Assembly (NCBI GenBank): GCA_051362555.1
Contig: CM120640.1
Location: forward strand, 17,608,001 to 17,672,000
From: Lingula anatina
Lineage: Eukaryota; Animalia; Brachiopoda
Reading direction: 5' to 3'
Length of the DNA stretch: 64,000 bases
Made by a program: the position numbers and the translations under genes. The notes beneath the pieces were generated by a model. The model worked only from the letters and a program-made list of their open reading frames with translations. It was not told the origin of the DNA and ran no database searches. Shown in pieces: positions 25,401 to 38,700 of this stretch; the first letter of the stretch is position 1; every line of letters begins with the position of its first letter.

Positions 25401-28400
25401 GAGAAGACTTGCCCCAATCCATTTGCTGTGGATGAGGACATCATAAAGCCAGAACCCAATTATTTCACAGCTGCCTTTGACAGAGAGAGGATGAAACAGT
25501 CAGTAGTCACACACCATTTACAAACCTGTCTTGTGTGCATGTTGTCAAGAACCCATTACTGGTTGAACAGCTTGTGAATGATATGGTTGAGCATTCTGAT
25601 TAAGCTTTCTTAAAATGGCATTTTGATATACTTTGGGAGCAGGTCTTAATTAAGAGGGGCACGATCTGTTGACATTCTTCAACATATGTCTTGGTCTCAT
25701 CATTTACCATCCTTGAAGTAAGGTATTTTGCTGTTTGGCTATTTTAATGCATTAAAGATGCAAAGAGTAACCTGGTACAAAACATTGTTTTGATGCAGCT
25801 AATTTAGCAGATAAATACCCAAAACCACTAAAAAATTTCAAGCGTATAGCCTACCTCATATATAACAATGTGCTAGAAAAGGCTCATTAGCTTTTTCTGT
25901 CTGTTGAACATTCATAACTGATGAGCAAGGCCTTAAGTAAATCAAAAGGGATGTATATTTGAAAACACAGATGGTGCCCTTTCATAATATTTTGGTTTCC
26001 AACATAAATTCGTATAACTAGCATGGTTGGCTTCTGGCTTTGGCATGAAGCTTGGCTCTCTCATCTCTTGAGTTTGTCCGTGGTGCATGGGAAGATTGGA
26101 CCTGATGATTGATTTTTATCTCTTTGTATCTTTGAATCCTGCTTGGTATGTGATCACGCTATTTGATTTTTTCCCAGTTGTAATGAGCTGAATTCATCTT
26201 GACTACAAAATAACTACATTATCTAGAAATTTGCTGTACCCTTTTCTGAATACAACCAGTATTCTTTGATTTTTGGGTGGAGGATCTTCCTTGACACATT
26301 AAAATATTTACTAATATATTACCTTGGCACCCAATTACCTTCTTTACTCATTCATACCATCCTTTGTCCACCATCTTCATGATATTTTGTCTAGATTTTT
26401 ACACAGTTGTTTCATGGTACATTTTAATAGTCTGCTGAGTCAAAATTGATCCATTATTAATTTGACTCAACTTACATTTGTATTGCTGTGACATATTAAA
26501 AAGTAGCATGTATGCTTTGATATTTGATCTAAGGATATTATGTAGCATAGGCATGCAAAAGCATTGTGGTGTAAACAGATTAGTGAATTAGTTTAGACAC
26601 AATTGCATGACTAGCATGATGAAGGCATCATCTGCTTGCATGAAGCTTGTCTGTCATTGTATTGGCAAAAAAAACAACAACTTGAAATGTAGTTAACATG
26701 CAATGTTAAAATGTATCTATACACAAGATAGACCTGGTATGGTCTCTCTTGCCATGTTTTTTTTTCTATGTTTTGAAAAAATCATAATGATATTCAGTAG
26801 ACTGATTTGATCAAAGTGTTTTCCTTTTTTGAACATTTGCCACTACTTTTCAAATTAATTTACTCCCATTTAAATTGGTGGATGTTCTTTCTTTAAAAAG
26901 CCTGCTAAATAATTTCAAAAAGCAGAAAAACTTTTTTTCATCAGCTTGAAAAGTGTGAATTTTTTTCAGATGTGGCTTAATATGAACAAAAAATGTCTGC
27001 TACCTGCATTTTGGTTGGAAAGGGAGCTTCCATATCTTCTTTGTTCATTTGTTTATTTATTTTAATTAATTTATTTATTTATTCCCTCACCAGCCTTAGA
27101 GATTCCTGGTTTGTCACTTTTGCTTTCCATCATATCCCATGGATAGTGGCTTTATCCCTGCATGTGTAGTTTTTTTTTTTTTTTCAAGACAGTCACTAAT
27201 ATAATTGACTGACAAATCCATCTTCACACCACAACAGTGTTAATTAAAATAAAGTTTTGAACTAGGCTGGTTAAAAATAATTTCTTGCTGACTTTTTGTT
27301 CGAGAATATTTCATGATGTGTCATTATTTCACAAATACTTTTTTCAGTGAAGTCAGTGTTTTGTTTGTTTGTTTGGATTAAATATACACTGTAAATATCA
27401 ACTTAGAAGTGAAACAGTTGTGTAAATGTAAAAAAAAAAAAAAGATCGCTTTTGGTGCCTGTGGATCTTATTATAAAAAAATACTAATAAGTATCTGTAT
27501 CATTTCTCTTTTTCATCTCTGCCATTATTCATTCATTCTTCTTCCGCCGGTTTCCATTTGGTGACGCAGAGGGATGTAAGGGTTGCTTTACCATATATCT
27601 TTATATATATACATACACATAATATAAGCTTTATATTGTTTATATATCTTTCCTTGGCCATCTCGAGATGAAATAAGATCTGTTTATGATTCCTCAGTTA
27701 ACATATATATGTATTAATCTGAGTTAAGATTTTTGGTTTAATGTTATACACAGACTGATACATGTAAGAACATTCTTCTTTATCTTTCTTCTTTCTGCTG
27801 CAAGATAAGTCTTACTTATATACTTATTTTGAAGACTATTTTGCAACTTGGAATAACATCCCTGTTAAGTAATGCTTTATGTTGATTGTTTTTTTTTGGC
27901 TTTATCAAAGTTTTTTGTCCATTTTGACATGCTTCTGTTGGATGGCAAAGTTTCAGTTACTGTTTACCTTACTTAAGTACATTTTGTCTCTGTTATTATG
28001 TTTAAGTTTAATGTTCAAGTTTCATACGTGTAAAATCTTTTGGTTCCTGTGTGGTTTATTAGAAAATTTTCATATAATTTACCATTTATTTTCAAGAAAT
28101 TTTATTTTCAATGCTTATGATATATCTGCAGTGTAACATGTCATGAAGTCTTCCAATTTCCATATAGTCATCATCATATGCCCTTCACTTAGGTTCGTGA
28201 TCAAAGACAAAGAATCCTTTTTCACCAACGCTCAGCGTAGTCGTGTGGCCTATGAGATACTTGCAAGGATGAGATACGATGACACTGATAGAGACAAATT
28301 TGGTAAGCTATTGTTCCATCGTGAATGCTGGGATTGGAGGAAATTTTATGAAAGCATTTAAATTTTATTTTATGAAAAAAATTCATGAATACATCTTTAT

Positions 28401-29621
28401 TTTTGAGCTCTTGGAAATGAGTTTATCTTAAGAGGTTCACTTTACTTGCTAATTTTGATTTGCTGGAGTTATATCTTTGCTTTAATTGTCAAAGGCATAC
28501 TATACAGGTGACAAACAGGCGACAAATCGCTAATAAAAAGCTTATCTTTTAGGGATGATTTAAAGACATCAGTGATTTGAATGAAATTACCAATCATTTT
28601 GCCAATGCACTTTACACTGCTTTAATCATTACAGGCATCAAAAGGTTGATAAATAATGGATCATTTGCAGCAGCTTACCCACTGCATGAGGTACTTGGTG
28701 TCTCTGTGTCTTTTTCTTCTTCTGTTATTTCTTTTTGTTATAAGTAGTAGTGTTAGTATTGAACTTGGACACATTATGCATTAAGTATTCACACAGTAAG
28801 TTTATAAGCTACAAATAACAATGTCAAAAACAGTAACAAATACAAAAATACAATAAGGTACATAATACATGAAGTGGAAATGAGCACATGCATGACAGGT
28901 TGACACATTGATTTTCCAAATGTTATACTACACACTGCAATACAACATGAAAATACAAATCAATGCAACACTTCACTATAAATTTAAACAAACGCATATA
29001 CATAGTATTTGCTTAACCCTCTGTATCTTGACATAAGATAAATATTTTTAAAACTTCGGACTCTTCAGTAGTTTAAACATGTATATTATTTTTACTTTTT
29101 TTAGTTTATTTGATTTGCAAGTTCCTGGTATACAAAGTAAGTTTTAAAAACTTCCTGAAAAGAGTGCACTTCAGATTTTTATATGGAAGCCTTGTAATAA
29201 TTTTCTGTCCGCTAACTGTTTTGGATTTTGAAATGTTTTTTCTAGGGCAAGTATAAGACGGAACATTCTGTGCTAACCTGGGGAGCTGACAATGAGAGAG
29301 TAGTAAGTTAACTTTGATAATGTAGTACAGTATTTCAATGCAGGTGTAGTTTCTCCTTTGAAAAGAAAGTAAATAATGTATTAAGGTTGAAATCTCTGCA
29401 AAGTTAGTCTGTTTTAGTTTGTTAAAAGTTGCACAATTTAAGAAAATATTTCAGATATTGTTATCAATTATGTGTTTCCATTGTTGATATCTGTGTAATT
29501 TTAGCTACTATTTGAAGAATGGGCCAGACCTGGAAGATGGTACAAATACCAGCCTTTGGATCTGATCAGGTGAGCTCTCTTGGTACATATACACATATGG
29601 TTTCTTTTTTTTTCCTTTTTT

Positions 29622-29702
<81 letters not shown>

Positions 29703-32700
29703 AAGAAATTACATGCCTTACAGTTTTCTGTAAAATGCAAGATACACTTTTACAAATAATAATTTTCAAATAATTTAATTGTAAATTATAAAACTGCTTT
29801 TGCTTGTCCAAACAATATTTAAGTTGCTATTCAAATCAATTTATCTGCTCAAAACATTTTTCTAATGTTGCTTTTACTTTTCAGGAAATATTTTGGAGAG
29901 AAAATAGCCATCTACTTTACATGGCTGGGTTACTACACCATGATGTTGATTCCAGCTTCCATATGTGGCTTGGTGGTCTTTATCTATGGACTAGCTACTC
30001 TGAGCACTGACATACCAAGGTGAGGATTGCATAGACCTGCCCTGCTTAGACTTTGTGTATGTTTTGAGGGTGTTTTCCTTGGTTTATGATATGACTGAAT
30101 AATATTGTTTCTTTTGTTTTTGTTGTTTCAAACACTAGATTCTCTTAATATGTCTTAGTAGTGAAGGCAAATGTTACCAAAAGTTTCTTGAAAAATTACA
30201 TGGGACCAATTGCTCAACAATTTATATATTTATATGCCTTAGTTCCAAGTCAAATACAACACTGAACAGACCCACCAAGCCTTATGTGTTCACCATAAGA
30301 TTTATTTACTTAACCAACTTAACATTACAAAATGCATGTGGCAAGGAAAATAAATATGAGACTTAAGAGTGTCATAAACCACAGAAAACAAGTATCAGAT
30401 TTTAAATGAAAAACTATTTGTACAATGAAGCCATAGTTCATGTGTTCTGTATCACATCATTACTTACTGTATCACATCACTACCTACTAATGTCTGTATA
30501 ACTATGCTGTAAGAATAGTCCTAATGGTTTAAGATATTGTTTTAATTCTAGCAATGAGATCTGTGACCGGAGTGGGCCAGGGAACATCACCATGTGTCCA
30601 CTGTGTGACAAGAACTGTTCCTATTGGAGACTCTACTCCAGCTGCAGGTACTCCATGGTCACATACTGGTTTGACAACTATGGAACCATGGTGTTTGCTG
30701 TATTTATGGCAGTATGGGGTAAGCCAGTGGTGGAATACTTTTCAGTTGAATTTGTTTGTTTCTCTACCTCAGTCTTTAAACTTGATTTTCACTTTCTAAG
30801 TCCTGGTGATTTTGTATTTTAGTAAGATATAAAATCAAACTTCACGTTTTTAGAAAAATTCAAATAAATAGTCTAACAAACTGCCATCAGGTGAAATTAT
30901 GAAATGAGGTCCCATTGTTTTTTAGCCACTATGTTCCTTGAAGGTTGGAAGCGGAAGCAGGCTGAGATAGAGTATGAGTGGGATGTGGCACATTTTGAGG
31001 AGGAGGAGGTAAGATGATGTACTGCCAGTGAGATAGAGTATGAGTGGGGTGTGGCACATTTTGAGGAGGAGGAGGTAAGATGATGTACTGCCAGTGAGAT
31101 AGAGTATGAGTGGGGTGTGGCACATTTTGAGGAGGAGGAGGTAAGATGATGTACTGCCAGTGAGATAGAGTATGAGTGGGGTGTGGCACATTTTGAGGAG
31201 GAGGAGGAGGTAAGATGATGTACTGCCAGTGAGATAGAGTATGAGTGGGATGTGGCAAATTTTGAGGAGGAGGAGGTAAGATGATGTATTGCCAGAGAGA
31301 TACAGTATGAATGGGATATTTTGCCAGTTATGATCTAATGTATTATGTATTGATGGACCTCAATGGGCAATAAAACTTTCAAGGTCAGTTTGACCACTCA
31401 TAAATGAATAAGAGATTAAATAATTATTGATCAATAAATAATTACCAAAAAGTTTATTTTTTTCTTTGACTGTGAAAACTTACATTTCTGTTCACCTTGC
31501 ATTGTTATACCTATTACTTTCTGATTTGATACATGTTATATCTAGGAAACCGTGAGACCAGAATTTGAAGCTACAGTTCGCCACAAGAAGAAGAATCCAG
31601 TTACCCAGGTAAAACTTGTCTTGGACCAGAGAAAAATACACTGAATCGTAATTGTTAACAATTTATAATTATTTTCACATTTAACTCAAACTGCCATATA
31701 AAAAGATACCACAAGTGTCTCCAGTACAAAATCAATATATATCACAATCACACAGGCACACGCGCACACAATATTATATTAGTACATGGTAATCATACAA
31801 TATTTTTGACTTACAGACAGATGAACCATTCCTTCCAGCATGGAGCAAGTGCTTTCGATATGTCACAGCGTTCTCTGTCATTCTCTTCATGGTTTGTATT
31901 TCAAATTTGAATATTAATGCATGCAGACTTTTTGAGGGACTATAACTATATATACTCTTTTTAATGTTTATATTTACCCCAACAGAATGTATTTTAAAAT
32001 AGATTTTTATTTTATCAAGGGAAAATAAAAGCATCAAGTTTCTTTATTCTGTAGCTTTTGGGATAAGGGCTAACCTCTATGGTCCATCATAGGTTTGTTT
32101 TGATGTTGAAAGATTGTTCTAAAACAGTAATGTTTTGGGAGGAAATTAAGGGTCTAACCCCCCCCCCCTCCCAATTCCTCAAGATGTGTGCTCTCAAAAT
32201 AAACCCCTCTCTTCCCCCAGGTGTATCCCCCCCCCAAAAAAAAAAACAGAAAAAAGTAAATGGTTTACTCTGATTTCAGCTGTGCTTGGTTCTGGCTGCT
32301 GTGTTTGGTGTAATCATCTACAGGATTGTCATAGTGACATTGTTCTACTCCACTCCTGACCAGCTGGTGGCAGAGAATGCAAGACTGGCCACCACAGCCA
32401 CTGCAGCAGTCATCAACTTGGTGGTTATCATGATACTTAACAGGGTATGGACATAAAGTTCAATTTATTGGCATGTATACAGTATATATGTATATATAAT
32501 AGGGTACCAGTATGGAAGTCACTTACAATGCAGTGTCACACTTAACACAGTGCAAAACGAAAAGTAGTTTTACAGCCAATAGGCTTTGAATTAAATGTTT
32601 CACACATTTAATATAAGTGATATGACAAATACAGTTTGTGTGACCTAGAGCACGAGTTACATTTAAGTTTTATGCCTTGTTCAGTTCAACAAGGTATCAG

Positions 32701-35700
32701 ACGTATACCCTTTACTTACAGTGTGTTCTATAAAGACAACAAATGGTGCAGGACCATCATACTAAAACACTTATTGTGAAAATCAAACACCATAGGATAA
32801 GAAGAATGTCATAAAAACACACCATTTGCACCCGATTTAGTTGTGTTGCCAAATGGCTTAAATTTTCTGCTGCAGTTTTATCATTTGGTTGCTGACAATA
32901 TTCGCTATCGTCTCTTTTAGCTTTACCAATTCGTTGCACTTGGTCTTACAAACATGGAGCTCCAGAGGACACAGACAGAGTGGGAAGACAGTTTCACATT
33001 CAAGATGTTCTTGTTCCAGTGTGTCAACTTTTATGCCACACTGTTTTATATTGCCTTCTTCAAAGGACGGTAAGTGCACATTTTGACAATCGGTTTAGTA
33101 AGCTCTTTTATTGGAAAGTTTTGATTAAAAGGTCCATGCCAAGTATAAGGAAAAGCATGTTGTGATTAACTGTATTACATTAGTGTTAATAAAAAACATT
33201 GTTGTGATACAGTTAAGCATAAATTTTTGAAGATTTCTGTTGTTATTAGTACCACCAGCGTGTACACTGGCGGTACTCATGGTTTTAGTCCCGACCAGTC
33301 TCGTCCGGCTCCGTTGGCTCCGCCGGCTCCGCGTACTGGCGCCGGATACAAGTCACCGTTACCGCTTCTCCTCCTAGACCGCAAGGACCCCTGTCCCCAT
33401 CTCTTGGATTTGGGTCACATATAACCTCAACTTGAACCCCCAGGTTTTTTTGTCTCAGTCGGTGCATTGACCTGGGCGTGACGCTCGTTGAAATGCACCC
33501 TTGTCAAAATTTTTGAAAATTCAATGCCAATTATCTACCCTACGGAAGGAATTATGGGAAAATTTTCTACAGACGGCTTTCCAAAAGTCATGTGTGTAGA
33601 TTTCAAATATGCCCTTAGATTTGACCTTTGACCTTTATTTCAAGGCAAACGGGCCAAAATATTCAAAAAAATGAAATTTTTTACGAAAAAAATATTATTT
33701 GCGCTGTTATTCAGACACTACCCAGACATAACCAATAATATTATTGGAAAGTGTTACCCTTTGGGTCATCTTTCACCTCTGTGAATTTGGGGTCAATCGG
33801 TGCCTTTTTACGGGAGTAGCGGCCATAAGATACCGAAACTGAAAACTGTCTCTAATTCGGGAACTGTTAATGCCAGCGACCCGTTCTTTTATTGCATTTT
33901 GTAGAGCATGTAAAGCCCAACATTGTAGGTGGTCTCCGTTTTTTTGTATTTCATACCATTTTCGTGTTATGCTGTATTAAAAAGTACATTGTGGTGGCAC
34001 ATTATTGTAACTCAGAATAGTAACATTTAGTCCCTTATATCTCCAAAACTGGCACAGATAGGTCAATAGTTATTATTTAAGTTGAATAGGAAGTCATTTA
34101 CTGGCAATCTGAATGTGACCTTGAAATTGACCTTTGACCTACTTTTCACCATGAACTGAACTTTGCAAATTTTTGTTCCCTTTTATCTCCAAAACTGGCA
34201 GAGATAGGTCAATAGTTACTATTAAAGTTGAATAGGAAGTCGTATACTGGCAATCTAAGTGTGACCTTGAAATTGACCTTTGACCTATTTTTCATCATGA
34301 ATTAAACTGTGCAAATTTTCTTTCCCTTTTATCTCCAAAACTGGCAGAGATAGGTCCATAGTTACTATTGAACTTGAATAGGAAGTAATACACTAGCAAT
34401 CTGTGACCTTGGAATTGACATTTGACCTACTTTTCACCATAGATTGAAATTTGCAAATTTTTATTCCCTTTTATCTCCAAACTGGCAGAGATAGGTCCAT
34501 AGTTACTATTGAACTTGAATATGAAGTCATATACTGGCAATTTACTGTGTCCTTAAATTTGACCTTTGACCTACTTTTTACCATGAACTGAACTTTGCAA
34601 ATTTTTGTTCCCTTTTATCTCCAAAATTGGCAAAGAAATGCCCATAGTTAGTTTTGAATTTGAATAGAAAGTCATTAGAGGCAATTTACTGTGACCTTTA
34701 AATTGACCTTTGACCTACTTTTCACCATGAACTGAACTTTGCAAATTTTCGTCCCCCTTTATCTCCAAAACTGACAGAGATAGGTCCATAGTTACTATTG
34801 AACTTGAATAGGAAGTAATACACTAGCAATCTGTGACCTTGAAATTGACCTTTGACCTACTTTTTATGATGAACTGCTTTTTCGCATGTTTTCTGGCCTT
34901 TAAGTCTGCAAAATTGGCAAAGAAATGCCCATGGTTGCTATTGAACTTGAATAGAAATTCATATACTATGATATTGAAATTGACCTTTCACCTACTTTTT
35001 CACCATGAACTGAGCTTTGCATATTTTCTTGCCTCGCATATCTTTAAAACTAGCAGAGATGTACCCATTTTTGCCCCTAGGTTTTCTCTTTTGTCAGCAT
35101 ATATGCACCATTGACAACACATTTCAAGGAAAACCAATAGGCCTTTTGTCTAGAGAATACAGGAGTTATCAAGGGTAGGAAAATGCAAGTCAATTCGAAA
35201 ATCTGCTTGATTGTACCATTTTTAGTTATATTTTTTTGCATATTTGAGAACTCTTGTTGATTGCATCTTATAGAGCTTGTCAAGCACAAGACTGGTGATG
35301 GTGTCCCTTTTTGGAGGGGGGGTCCATACGAATGCGCTTACTCCAGCTGGTGGTACAATATCCGGAGGCGGTATCGCCTCTCTGATCCTCTAGTTGTTTG
35401 TAGTTTATAGTTAGATTTTAAAAATGATACTGTTTCACAGGTATTAGTTATAACTTCAAAATGATGTACCAGTAAACAAAATCATTTATGTAACTGATAA
35501 TTTGACATAGAATGGTAAGTATCTATGACTTAGAGAAACTAGATGCTGTACATTTGCTGACTACATATCGATGCACTTAAAAATGAAAACCAAGAAATGG
35601 AAAGTAAGAAAGAGTAATTGAAAGACCATATTAAGAAATGATTTTAATAAAAGCTTCAGCCTTATCTCATGATTAACATCATACTGCAAATCACTGAAGA

Positions 35701-38700
35701 ATCCCTTAGGATTAATAAGGCTTTAAGTCAGGCTTTTAGTAATAATTTAAAAGATTTGTGATTTAAAAATTGCAAATATAACAGAAACGGTATAAATACC
35801 ACTGCCATTACTTACACAGCTTTGCAGGCAACCTCAATGGTGGAGACAATTATATTTTTGGATTCAGATTGGAAGAGGTACACAGTAATGTTTCCTGTGA
35901 CCTTTGCTGGAACACTCTTATCTATGCCGTTGTGTTACTTACAGTACTTGGCTTTGGAGTAGAGGATAGATATAATTGGAGATTGTGGTCCTGTCCCCAT
36001 CTCCTGCTTTTTAATGCCTTTTTTCTCAATATTTTCTTAATAATTGTCATGGAAACTCTGAGCTCACTCCACTTTTGCCATGTGCCAACAAAAATTAGTT
36101 TTTGACCAGGGATGAAATGCTTAAAATATTGACAAATTGAAACCACATCTTGATTGGAATGATGATTTTAACATAATTGCATAAATATATTACTGTATTC
36201 AAAGACAAAGGAGAGAAAACATTTTTTAGAGTGAGCACAGGAACACTATAAACATTTTTTATCTGCCCATTGACACATAACTTCCTTATAATTATTGTAT
36301 ATTTAGTATGAATTCATGCTGTATCAATATATGCATGGGTTTCTGTCACCACATTTTCCCTATATTATCACATTTTTTCAGAGCCATTAGGATATTCCTC
36401 AGTTTCACTGACAACCAGTTACTAAATATGCAGCATACTTATTATATTCTCTACCACTGCTCTAGTTGCACCCTGAATTTCATTGCTTAATATCTGACAA
36501 CATTCATTTCTGCAGGTTTGTTGGGAGGCCTGGTGATTATGATTACCATTTGCTGGGGTTCCGCCAGGAAGAGGTTATAGTCTTTAACACTTTAACACTA
36601 GATATGCTTTGCTTTTGTTATTTTTTATGTTTACCAGTTATAATTATAGTTCCAAATCACACTATGAATGTTAGACCTTTATATGTCAAAAATTTTAATT
36701 TCCCTGGAATTTTCCCCTTTTGTCAACGTTGTTAATAGGAGTACCTTGGTGACTAGGGGAATGTGGCAGAAATTAAAGAAATTGAATTTGTTATATTTAT
36801 TAAGGTCTAACATGCATCATATGCCTTTATTTTAGTAGTAGTAGTATTTAATAGATGTAACAATAGCATAGCAGTAGCAGAATCAGGGTTGCCAATATTA
36901 TATGTTCCCAATTTGTCTTCATTTATTGTTTATAATGTCAAAACAAAGGAATAACACAAAGATCAAATATTGAAAATGTATTTGTCAACCCTGCTCTTCT
37001 TGCACCAAACCTGGGGCCTGTTTCACGAAGCAGTGGTTAGTTAGAATAACTAACCACTGAACTATCTCGCTAACGAGAAAACTTTAGGGGTGTTTCAACA
37101 AGCAGTTGTTAACTCATCGCTAAGTTCAGTCGTAAAGTTTGGTTGTTAGTTCTCTCGTTACTCACTGTAGTCTTGAAACAGTTTACCGGAAGTGGAACTC
37201 TTGCGTAAACATGTCGCGAAAGCTCTAACTCTCCAATTTCCGGCAGTTGGAAATGCATAAGAACGTCTGCTTTGAGGTCGTCGTAAAGGATCTCCACCAC
37301 CTTTTTGCGGCTCTTTTTGTCACAGCTAGGCGCAACCTCTCGTAAATTGCATCGATCATCGGGTGTATATTCTAATAGATTCTGCCTATCATGAAAACGT
37401 CGTAGTTTACGTTGCCGTCTGGTGGTATGGATAGCAAGAAAGGTCGTCCCCATATTGGATACAAAGACAAACAACAGACAACGGTAACTAAGCAACCTTT
37501 CTATTTCATTCATTAAGCATGCGTACGATGAAACTCTAGAGTTAGCGACTGCTCTGACCAGTCACTAAATATCCATAGTAACAACGACACAATAAAGAGC
37601 GAGAGAACTAGCGATAGCTTCGTGAAATGGTACTCATAACTAGCAAGAGGCTAACTACTGATCTCTAACTAACTACTGCTTCGTAAAACGGGCCCCTGTA
37701 GTTGCAGTATTTAACCTTAGTTTGCTTGTCTCTGTACTGACACAGCAATGCACACCAGCCTAAATATCCGCCTCACTGAATTTGGCAAATGTTTGAGATC
37801 TATGCACTCGATAGTGTTACTAATCTATTATTTGATTAAAATTAAGTCTGTTATGGCAAATGATGTTCCAATATTGCAGTGGAAAAAGGTTGTATAAGTT
37901 TGATTCTTATTGGCTTTGTGTTGGCATATACAGGCTAAATTCCTTTGAGAAATACCTTTTATAATATTTTATAGATGGGTTATTTGAAAGACTTTTCTTC
38001 TCTCCAATCCAGTGAATAACAAGAGAAAGAATGTCATACTTGATGCTAAAAAGGGGGGGGGGGGAGTTGTGCATTTCAAAAAATGTTATGTTCTACCCAA
38101 ACCTAGCCCCTTTTAACTTGATTTGATTCTCAATTTTTACTCCTTTATTTTAGTGATATGAATCTTTGAACTAACATGCAATATAATATGTAATGGGACA
38201 TTTGTTACGTTTGTCATAATAAAGTTCTTTGCATTTTTCAATTTCATTCTTTAAAAAGAGCACCAAACTTTGGTGTGAACTTGAATGCCTTTAATTAATG
38301 TAAAATACTGTACTTATTTCCATCAGATTTAATGATATTCTTGTTAAGCATAAGCAGTAACCACAATCCAGAAAACAAATGTAACATAGACATTATGTTT
38401 AATCATAAGCATGTTTAACACATGAAAATATCTTTTGAAAATATCTTGAGACTGCCTGTGTTTCAGTGTGATCCTGCAGGCTGTTTGATTGAGCTGTGCA
38501 TTCAGCTCATGATTATCATGGTGGGCAAGCAAGCCTTCAACAACACCAAGGAAATTATTATACCGTAAGTTGAACGTCCCGCAGAGCACTTGCATCCTGT
38601 GTCTAAGGCTGCGTCACATGCAAAATTGATCCTCAGACTAACAGGTCTGTGGATCAAATATGGCTGACCCTCTTGAAAGTTTACTGCGGAATCCCCACAA

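Noticed and set aside
30922-31258. Repetitive minus-strand ORFs, and the regular repeat as a possible CRISPR array
   Set aside because: These are antisense read-outs of the 66-bp minisatellite. There are no unique spacers, no cas genes, and the context is eukaryotic.
33390-36003. 14-bp direct match cctgtccccatctc at ~33390 and ~35990 as a docking/selector element for the exclusive exons
   Set aside because: Same orientation, so it cannot base-pair. One copy is inside a transposon. I found no convincing complementary selector sequences by eye.
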